14,329 nucleotides of DNA from Paraspadella gotoi (lineage: Eukaryota > Animalia > Chaetognatha), in NCBI GenBank assembly GCA_051294375.1, contig CM119263.1, positions 9,153,059 through 9,167,387 of the forward strand, in the 5' to 3' direction. The number at the start of each line of letters is the position of its first letter. Position 1 is the stretch's first letter. Both the position numbers and the translations under genes were made by a program. The notes under the pieces are model-generated. The model was given only the letters and a program-made list of their open reading frames with translations, was not told where the DNA came from and did not search any database. Shown here piece after piece: positions 1 through 8,003 of this stretch.

Positions 1-331
1 TCTCTTTCAAATCAGCGTCTGGCTTTGATATCATTACGCACATCTTTATTCCTTTCGATGGCGATTTAATGCGCCTGAAACCCATAATAAGCTGCTCCCC
101 TCTCCCCCATTTTTCTCTCTCTCTCTCTTTCTTTGCTCAAGAGAATCGATGCGAGGGGGTTTCGGGGGTATTTCGTCCTTCAGCTCAGGGATGTTAGGGG
201 GGTTTTAGGGATGCGATGGTGGAGAGTGTGAGGTGGTTTAGGTGAAGGGGGAAAAAAGAAAAATCATCTTCCTAATAGGATGAATCTACTAATGCCCCCT
301 CGCCGTCGACTCGCGGGCACCAGAACCAATC
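1..331 (+). repeat. Direct repeat of 600-945 (also inverted at 4995-5340)
   Basis: Shared strings such as ggctttgatatcatta, ctttgctcaagagaatcgatgcgaggg and cttcctaataggatga; differences are mostly indels. Confidence 0.93.
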
Positions 332-364
<33 letters not shown>

Positions 365-440
365 GAGAGAGAGCGAGAGAGAGAGAGAAAAGAGAGAGAG
401 AGAGAGAGAGAAGAGAAAAGAGAGAAAAGAGAGAGAGAAG
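332..440 (+). repeat. Imperfect (GA)n microsatellite
   Basis: Direct reading; mirrored as (CT)n at ~5500-5608. Confidence 0.97.
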
Positions 441-536
441 TAAAAAGAGCACAAAAACAAGCAAAAAAGTCGACTACGACCTATGGGTCTCGAAGCAAAA
501 TCGTATTCGAAAAGACATTAGATTAAAGGAAAAAAT

Positions 537-600
537 GTCTCTCTCTCTCTCATCTCTCTCTCTCTCTCTCATTCTCTCTCTCTCTGTCTCTCTTTCTCCC
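537..600 (+). repeat. Imperfect (CT)n microsatellite
   Basis: Direct reading; mirrored at ~5340-5402. Confidence 0.95.
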
Positions 601-961
601 TCTTATCAAATATCAGCGTTGGCTTTGATATCATTAACGCACAAATCTTTATTCCTTTCGAATGGCGATTTAATGCGCCTGAAACCATAATAATAATGCT
701 GCTTCCAAGTCTCCCCATTTTCTCTCTCTCTCTCTTTCTTTGCTCAAGAGAATCGATGCGAGGGAGTTTCGGGGGTATTTCGTCCTTGCACCAGCTCTAG
801 GGATGTTTAGGGGGTTTTAGGGATGCCGATGGTGGAGCAGTGTGAGTGGTTTAGGTGAAGGGGAAAAAAGAAAAATCAATCTTCCTAATAGGATGATATC
901 TACTAATAGCCCTCGCCGTCGACTCGGCGGCACCGAGAACCAATCTTCGGCGAGACGAAGC

Positions 962-962
962 G

Positions 963-1026
<64 letters not shown>

Positions 1027-1051
1027 AGAAGAGAGAAGAGAGGAGAGATGA

Positions 1052-1085
<34 letters not shown>

Positions 1086-1171
1086 CTAAATGGTCGTAGT
1101 CGCGACGAACACAAGAAAGAAAAAAGTGAACGATAGATAGATAAGAGAGAGAGAGAGAGAGAGAGAGAAGC

Positions 1172-1225
<54 letters not shown>
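962..1225 (+). repeat. Compound (GA)n microsatellite block with a short unique insert (~1083-1143)
   Basis: Direct reading; mirrored as (CT)n at ~4727-4977 and partly at ~10215-10360. Confidence 0.96.
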
Positions 1226-1226
<1 letters not shown>

Positions 1227-1253
1227 AGAGATCTAGAGACAGACCTCTCCTCA

Positions 1254-1278
1254 NNNNNNNNNNNNNNNNNNNNNNNNN
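1254..1278. other. Assembly gap, 25 N
   Basis: The equivalent position is contiguous in the copies at ~4690-4705 and ~10180-10197, so little or no sequence is missing. Confidence 0.98.
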
Positions 1279-1756
1279 CTCCTCTCTTCCCCAAGATCAT
1301 CAGAACCGCGGTGGGCGGCCGCCTAATGGCTTGTTATCATAATCGAAGGAAGGATTGACAAGAAAAGCGGAGGAAAGGAAAAACCACCTGAGGACAAAAA
1401 GAAAAGGAAAAAGGAGGAAGAAGAAAGGAAGATCATGGATTTCGAGAAATGTGACAACGCGATGAATCGTCGAGACAAACAAATGATAAAATTAAATTAC
1501 TTGAAAGAATCGGGCTTATAAAAGGAAAACCAAATTACATTTTGTTAAGATTATATAGCGCCGACCGGTGCTACTTCAACTCACCCATGTATGATAGATA
1601 AAGTATGCATTCTAAAAAAACATCGCTCGCTTATTGACTAATTTACTCATACTCTCAGACACGGCTCCCCAACTCACTCAGTCAAAACAGAAGAAATCAT
1701 TGGCCAGAAAGAGAAAAGAAAGGAAATCCTTTTGCGAACCTTTAAACACCGTGAAA

Positions 1757-1965
1757 AGACGAGTCAAGCGTCGCAACGCCGGTGCTGCAGCGACGCAGCG
1801 GCCCGCCTGCAGCATGGTCATAGCGCATCCGCTTCGTGAAGCCGCGGCGGGGCGCGGCGCACGCTGCAGCCTCGTCTTCGTCGTCGTCGTTCGCGCACGC
1901 ACGATTCCGCCAGTGCGAGATCGCGTCGAGCGAGCGCGGACGGGAACGGCGCGACTCGCGCGCGG
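1757..1965. other. GC/CpG-rich island with several short stem-loops (copies at ~3960-4187 and ~9435-9685)
   Basis: Abrupt GC-rich block in AT-rich flanks; 10-bp perfect stem tgctgcagcg/cgctgcagca at 4116-4125/4140-4149 in copy 2; gcttc-gt-gaagc inverted repeat. Confidence 0.7.
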
Positions 1966-1984
1966 AAAATAGAATATTAGCTCG

Positions 1985-2051
1985 ATAGATGGGGTTTTTA
2001 CAGACGGGACAGGTTTTACAGATGGGGTTTGACAGATAGGGGTTTGCCAGA
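1985..2051 (+). repeat. Four imperfect 14-18 bp tandem units, consensus ACAGATGGGGTTT(T/G)
   Basis: atagatggggttttt / acagacgggacaggtttt / acagatggggtttg / acagataggggtttg / ccaga; inverted copies at ~3873-3939 and ~9347-9415. Confidence 0.85.
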
Positions 2052-2236
2052 AAAAACGAGTTGCGAAAGATTAATACCTAGTTTTTCTAACTTTTTCTTT
2101 AATTTTCTTCTTCAAACTCAATTCGAGCCGACAGATCTTTCTTCAACAATAGGTTCTAACCATCGGGATCGTTCTCAGCCCTAATTTTCCATCCGAATCG
2201 ACAAAACAACTAAAACGACGTCAGTCCTACTCTTCC

Positions 2237-2408
2237 ATGGCGCCGACGCGCCGGTCGAAGGAAGAGAGGAAAAGACAAAAAACGGGGTCGCGTCGATGTC
2301 GAGGTCAAGGGTCAGCGGGAAGAGGGGTCAGAGGTCGATCCAACAATTGGGTCACCCTCGACACATTGTACGAGAAAGGGATGAAGGAAGGAGGGGAAAA
2401 GAAGGGAG

Positions 2409-2455
<47 letters not shown>

Positions 2456-2486
2456 TCATGTGCTTCGGAGAGGCCGTAATTTGTAA
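2237..2486 (+). CDS. Putative ~83-aa basic/poly-Asp ORF, open in this form only in the three-copy consensus
   Basis: Consensus of 2237-2486, rc 3434-3688 and rc ~8875-9156 reads MAPTRRSKEERKRQKTGFASMSRSRVSGKRGQRSINNWVTLDTLYEKGIEGRRGKERE(D~16)HVLRRGRNL*. ccATGG start context in copies 1 and 2; two consensus positions are ambiguous; no confirmed homology. Confidence 0.25.
2409..2453 (+). repeat. (GAC)15 trinucleotide microsatellite
   Basis: Pure here; interrupted in the copies at ~3467-3512 and ~8912-8960. Confidence 0.97.
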
Positions 2487-2869
2487 ATAAGCCTGTACTG
2501 AGTAGTAATATACGGACAGTGTTAAAATTAAAGTCGTTAATATAAATTTAAATTGTGCCCCAAAAGTTACTTACGAAACTGACGAGAAAAAAAAAAGTAT
2601 AATTAAATTCGAGCGACGTTTAAGTTTGTTTTTTTTTTAAATCATAAACGTCTTCCCTTCGCATTTACTAATTCACAAAAGAAGCCAGAAAACCCCGTGA
2701 AAAAAATGTAAAAAAGGGAAAAGTGAAAAAAAGTGGGTAAAAAAAAAAGAAAGAAAAATATTCGGGGAGACATTTTCATGAATTTTTATCTTTTGAAAAT
2801 TGTGGGGGAAATTAAGTCGAAATCATCGGAGCTCAAAAGCGATGAAGAGACGCGAAGAAAATGATTCCC

Positions 2870-3050
2870 TCCATCTCCCATCTTTTCTCTCCCACCCCGC
2901 CCGTTTTTATTATACTAAAATCTCACCCAACCTTGATTCACTTTCACATCCTCACGTCCCTCTCACCCCCCTCCCTTTCACACCCCTCCTCCTTCTCTTC
3001 CTTTCCCCCCTCATTTTTATTTCGTGCCCATATTTTTCAAAGGATTCAAT
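2870..3050 (+). repeat. Segment S, copy 1 (non-palindromic centre of the large inverted repeat)
   Basis: 181 bp C/T-rich segment tccatctccca...aggattcaat; recurs in the same orientation at 5911-6092 and 8290-8475. Confidence 0.95.
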
Positions 3051-4724
3051 GGGAATCATTTTTCTTCGCGTCTCTTCATCGCTTTTGAGCTCCGATGATT
3101 TCGACTTAATTTCCCCCACAATTTCAAAAGATAAAAATTCATGAAAATGTCCCCCGAATATTTTTCTTTCTTTTTTTTTACCCACTTTTTTTCACTTTTC
3201 CCTTTTTTACATTTTTTTCCACGGGTTTTCTGGCTTTCCTTTGTGAATTAGTAAATGCCGAAGGAAGACGTTTATTGATTTAAAAAAAAAAAAAACACTT
3301 AAACGTCGCTCGAATTTAATTATACTTTTTTTTCTCGTCAGTTTCGTAAGTAACTTTTGGGGCACAATTTAAATTTATATTAACGACTTTAATTTTAACA
3401 CTGTCCGTATATTACTACTCAGTACAGGCTTATTTACAAATTACGGCCTCTCCGAACGCACATGATCGCGTCGTCCGTCGTCTCGTCGTCGTCTCGTCGT
3501 CTCGTCGTCGTCCTCCCTTTCTTTTCCCCTCCTTCCTTCAATCCCTTTCTCGTACAATGTGTCGAGGGTGACCCAATTGTTGATCGACCTCTTGACCCCT
3601 CTTCCCGCTGACCCTTGACCTCGACATCGACGCGAACCCCGGTTTTTTGTCTTTTCCTCTCTTCCTTCGACCGGCGCGTCGGCGCCATGGAAGAGTAGGA
3701 CTGACTCGTTTTAGTTGTTTTGTCGATTCGGATGGAAAATTAGGGCTGAGAACGATCCCGATGGTTAGAACCTATTGTTGAAGAAAGATCTGTCGGCTCG
3801 AATTGAGTTTGAAGAAGAAAATTAAAGAAAAGTTTAGAAAAACTAGGTATTAATCTTTGCAACTCGTTTTTTTCGGCAAACCCCTATCTGTCAAACCCCA
3901 TCTGTAAAAACCTGTCCCGTCTGTAAAAACCCCATCTATCGAGCTAAATTATTCTATTTTCCCACGCGCGCGAGTCGCGCCGTTCCCGTCCGCGCTCGCT
4001 CGACGCGATCTCGCACTGGCGGAATCGTGCGTGCGCGAACGACGACGACGAAGACGAGGCTGACAGCGTGCGCCGCGCCCCGCCGCGGCTTCACGAAGCG
4101 GATGCGCTATGACCATGCTGCAGCGGGCCGCTGCTGCGTCGCTGCAGCACCGGCGTTGCGACGTCGCGTTGCGACGCTTGACTCGTCTTTTCACGGTGTT
4201 TAAAGGTTCGCAAAAGGATTCTTTCTTTTCTCTTTCTGGCCAATGATTTCTTCTGTTTTGACTGAGTGAGTTGGGGAGCCGTGGTCTGAGAGTATGAGTA
4301 AATTAGTCAATAAGCGAGCGACTGGTTTTTTTTAGAATGCATACTTATAATCTATGCATACATGGGTGAGTTGTGAAGTAACACCGGTGCAGGCGCTATA
4401 TAATGCTTAACAAAATGGAATTGGTTTTCCTTTTATAAAAGCCCGAATTGCTTCAAGTAATTTTATTTTAATATTGTCTGTGTCTCGACGACGATCATCG
4501 CGTTGTCACTCATTTCTCGAAATCCATGATCTGTCTTTTCCCTTCTTTCTTCCTCTCCCACATTTTTCCTTTCTTTCTCTTTTGGCCTCAAGTGGTTTTT
4601 CCTTTCTCCGCTTTTCTTGTCAATCCTTCCTTCGATTAGTATAACAAGCCCATTAGGCGGCCGCCCCACCGCGGTTCTGATGATCTTAGGGGAAGAGTGA
4701 GGAGAGGTCTGTCTCTAGATCTCT

Positions 4725-4779
<55 letters not shown>

Positions 4780-4918
4780 GCTTCTCTCTCTCTCTCTCTC
4801 TCTCTCTTATCTATCTATCGTTCACTTTTTTCTTTCTTGTGTTCGTCGCGACTACGACCATTTAGTATCTCTCTCTCTCTCTTTCTCTCTCTCTCTTCTC
4901 CTCTCTCTTCTCTCTTCT

Positions 4919-4977
<59 letters not shown>

Positions 4978-5575
4978 CGCTTCGTCTCGCCGAAGATTGG
5001 TTCTCGGTGCCGCCGAGTCGACGGCGAGGGCTATTAGTAGATATCATCCTATTAGGAAGATTGATTTTTCTTTTTTCCCCTTCACCTAAACCACTCACAC
5101 TGCTCCACCATCGGCATCCCTAAAACCCCCTAAACATCCCTAGAGCTGGTGCAAGGACGAAATACCCCCGAAACTCCCTCGCATCGATTCTCTTGAGCAA
5201 AGAAAGAGAGAGAGAGAGAAAATGGGGAGACTTGGAAGCAGCATTATTATTATGGTTTCAGGCGCATTAAATCGCCATTCGAAAGGAATAAAGATTTGTG
5301 CGTTAATGATATCAAAGCCAACGCTGATATTTGATAAGAGGGAGAAAGAGAGACAGAGAGAGAGAGAATGAGAGAGAGAGAGAGAGATGAGAGAGAGAGA
5401 GACATTTTTTCCTTTAATCTAATGTCTTTTCGAATACGATTTTGCTTCGAGACCCATAGGTCGTAGTCGACTTTTTTGCTTGTTTTTGTGCTCTTTTTAC
5501 TTCTCTCTCTCTTTTCTCTCTTTTCTCTTCTCTCTCTCTCTCTCTCTCTTTTCTCTCTCTCTCTCGCTCTCTCTC

Positions 5576-5608
<33 letters not shown>
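3051..5608 (+). repeat. Right arm (B-D) of the ~2.55 kb inverted repeat
   Basis: Matches the reverse complement of 332-2869. 4698-5608 is near-identical to 332-1253; 3051-4697 differs from 1279-2869 by many small indels. Confidence 0.97.
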
Positions 5609-5633
5609 NNNNNNNNNNNNNNNNNNNNNNNNN
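5609..5633. other. Assembly gap, 25 N
   Basis: N run between CT and GA tracts. Confidence 0.98.
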
Positions 5634-6352
5634 GGAGGAGAGAGAGAAAGAGAGAGAGTGAGAGAGAGAGAGAGAGAGATAAATAAGATGGAGACAAGAG
5701 GCAGAAATTGAAAACGTTTGAAACGGACGAGAGAGTTGGAGACAAACGGACGAAAAAGGAGGAAAGGAGAAAAAAAGGACTTTGTCTTTTCGTTCTTATC
5801 TTTACCTTTCACTTCATTTCCCTTTGCGTTTATACTTCCTTTTCTCCGACCGCCAAAAATAAACGTTGCCATACTTCATATTTCCTTCTCGTTCTTTCTC
5901 TACTATATTTTCCATCTCCCATCTTTTCTCTCCCACCCCGCCGTGTTTTATTATACTAAAATCTCACCCAACCCCTGATTCACTTTCACATCCTCACGTC
6001 TCTCTCACCCCCCTCCCTTTCACCCCCTCCTCCTTCTTTCCTTTTCCCCCCTCATTTTTATTTCGTGCCATATTTTTCAAAGGAATTTCAATGGGAATAC
6101 AATAAAATATAGTAGAGAAAGAACGAGAAGGAAAATATGAAGATGGCAACGTTTATTTTTGGGTCGGAGAAAGGAAGTAATAAACGCAAAGGGGAATGAA
6201 GTGGAAAGGTAAAGATAAGAACGAAAGACAAAGTCCTTTTTTTCTCCTTTCCTCCTTTTCGTCCGTTTGTCTCCAACTCTCTCGTCCGTTTCAAACGTTT
6301 TCAATTCTGTCTCTGTCTCCATCTCTATTTATCTCTCTCTCTCTCTCTCTCA

Positions 6353-6403
<51 letters not shown>

Positions 6404-6408
6404 CTGCC
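5634..6408. repeat. Second inverted repeat A-S-A' (arms ~5634-5911 and ~6104-6408)
   Basis: aaaatatagtagagaaagaacgagaagg from 6104 is the reverse complement of ccttctcgttctttctctactatatttt ending at 5911; pairing continues out to the GA/CT tracts. Confidence 0.95.
5911..6092 (+). repeat. Segment S, copy 2 (centre of the second inverted repeat)
   Basis: Same sequence and orientation as 2870-3050 with small indels. Confidence 0.95.
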
Positions 6409-6488
6409 TTTTTTTAGAAGCATTTAATCTTTTCCGAGTCACGCATGTTTAATGAAGTTGAGGCGGCCTTTTTGAAATTTTTTTGTCA

Positions 6489-6498
6489 NNNNNNNNNN
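6489..6498. other. Assembly gap, 10 N
   Basis: N run. Confidence 0.98.
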
Positions 6499-6929
6499 TT
6501 AATTTTTATTTCATTAGTTCATTCGTTAATCGTTAATATAATCGTTCATCGTTAATTCAGTATTTCTGTATTAAATTTAGTCTATTACCTTGTCCCACGC
6601 TATTATATTTAATTATCTCTTGTTCCTTCTCTTACACTCAACTTATTTTTCTTGCCATTATATATTTCCAGTTTCTCCTTTCTCTTCATTCATTTCTTTC
6701 ACTCAGTATTCAAATGAAGACGTTTTTGGACCGTGAATGAGATCACATCTCCCCCAGGATTCACTCATTCATTCCTTTCATTTTCTCATTTCTCGAGGAG
6801 CCTTCGACGTATAAACGGAATTCCAAGTATGAATTCGTGAAGAAAATTGGCCGAAGAGAAATTATTTCGATGTTTTTATCACAAAACAAATGTTTTGTTT
6901 GACTAAAAAAGAAATAGCGAAGTTCCAGC

Positions 6930-7398
6930 GACGATAAGGCGAACTATTTTTCAAACTGATAAGGGTAAGGAGCCGAGGGGAGGGAGAGAAGGTGAGAAGG
7001 AGAGAAGGAAATGAAAGAAGGAGAGAAGGAGATGAAAGAAGGAGAGAAGAAGATGAGAGAAGAAGAGAAGGAGATAATCTCGGGCTCAGCGTCGAATGAA
7101 AACAAAACGAGATGACAACTGAGAAGATAGAAGAGACAAAGCGACGAAAAAAAGCTTTAACTTTAGAGATGAAAAGGCAAGCTTATAAACACGATAGACC
7201 TACTGCTCGTATTCATCAAAAAGACAAGCTCTTAAGGACGAAAAAACAAGCCGTTAAATTTGAAGGAAAAAAATGGGGGGGAAGCGCTCGTCTCGTAAAA
7301 GACAAGCGCTTTGACGACGAAAAAGAGACACGCCCTTAAAAGACGTTGGACGGATGACGAGGTTGCAAAGACAAACTCGGTTGCACGGACGATTTGAG
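6930..7398 (+). pseudogene. Possible frameshifted coding stretch (EGEKEMK heptads then K-R/K-Q-A-L-K-like repeats)
   Basis: Includes ORF 7112-7339; the peptide repeats line up only if several frameshifts are allowed; no recognised homologue. Confidence 0.2.
6995..7078 (+). repeat. 21-bp minisatellite x4, consensus AGAAGGAGAGAAGGAGATGAA
   Basis: Units start at 6995, 7016, 7037 and 7058, each 21 bp with substitutions only. Confidence 0.9.
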
Positions 7399-7402
7399 TT
7401 AA

Positions 7403-7547
7403 TTTTCTTTGTCGATTCCTTTTTTTTTTCCTCCTTTCTTTTCTTCTTACTTTTCTTATTTTCATTTCTAATTTCTCCTTTCTTTTCTCCTTAGTTTTTT
7501 TCTTTTCTTTTCTCCTTTCTCCTTTCTTTTTTCTTTTTTTTCTTTTC
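7403..7547 (+). repeat. Long polypyrimidine (T/C) low-complexity tract
   Basis: Direct reading. Confidence 0.9.
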
Positions 7548-7603
7548 GTCGACGAAGAGACGTCATACGACGTCATAAACGAGAGTCGGAGGAGACTTTT
7601 ATT

Positions 7604-7607
<4 letters not shown>

Positions 7608-7655
<48 letters not shown>
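7608..7655 (+). repeat. (CCGACG)8 hexanucleotide microsatellite
   Basis: Eight perfect units; gives the (PT)8 run in ORF 7602-7820. Confidence 0.97.
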
Positions 7656-8003
7656 ACGGCAATTGGAATGGGCGCCGGGAAGAGTGGACGATTGGTGGCG
7701 CCGGAGAGGGGGGGGAAGCGCGAGAAAACGACCCGTAATAGGCACCACATAAAGAGGGATACTTGGGAAGTGGGTGGCTTAAATCGAGTGGCTCAAACTA
7801 TTTCTATTTTTAAAAGTTGAACCAACATTTAGTTGGGACTTAGGTTGGTCATAAATACTGCAAGGTTGGAATTTTTCGTTCATTGTTATTACAAATGGGA
7901 ATCAAGTTAAAAATTTTCACAGATATCGTTCGGACCCGAAAGGTCTTGTTTGTAAATTTTCAAAGAATCGAAGGACGTTTCTCTCTCTCTTTCTCTCTCT
8001 CTC

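Larger units (their letters stand above)
332..2869 (-). repeat. Left arm (D'-B') of a ~2.55 kb inverted repeat
   Basis: Reverse complement of 3051-5608 along its length. Inner end cgcgaagaaaatgattccc (2851-2869) pairs with gggaatcatttttcttcgcg (3051-3070); the outer GA run at 332-350 pairs with the CT run at 5590-5608. Confidence 0.97.

Noticed and set aside
186-250. Telomere-like TTAGGG/TTTTAGGG words (also ~798-822)
   Set aside because: Only two or three irregular units; not an array.
272-1300. ORFs rich in SL, RE or ER repeats (also 4697-5745, 6196-6452, 10071-10504)
   Set aside because: Translations of GA/CT microsatellites, which lack stop codons by composition; no domain signal.
1634-1972. 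112-aa ORF and the antisense 74-aa ORF over the GC block
   Set aside because: GC-rich sequence is stop-poor, the frame is not preserved in the other copies, and no motif is recognisable.
1985-2051. CRISPR-like array
   Set aside because: Units are contiguous, with no unique spacers and no cas genes; context is eukaryotic.
2235-2250. CA-TGGCGCCG as an LTR end plus primer-binding site (similar word at 7603)
   Set aside because: Match does not extend to any tRNA 3' end I know; no paired LTR or gag ORF.
2860-3060. Missed PacBio SMRTbell adapter as the cause of the foldbacks
   Set aside because: No adapter-like (CCT)n-(GTT)n sequence at either centre; both centres are ~185 bp of genomic sequence also present in the A-S-B copy.
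332-5608. Foldback or other TIR transposon with 2.5 kb arms
   Set aside because: No transposase or target duplication; the outer ends are a microsatellite and an N gap, and the arm also occurs unpaired at 8476-10378.
6517-6557. Degenerate 7-bp (ATCGTTA/C) repeats
   Set aside because: Short, irregular and adjacent to a gap; ordinary slippage repeat.
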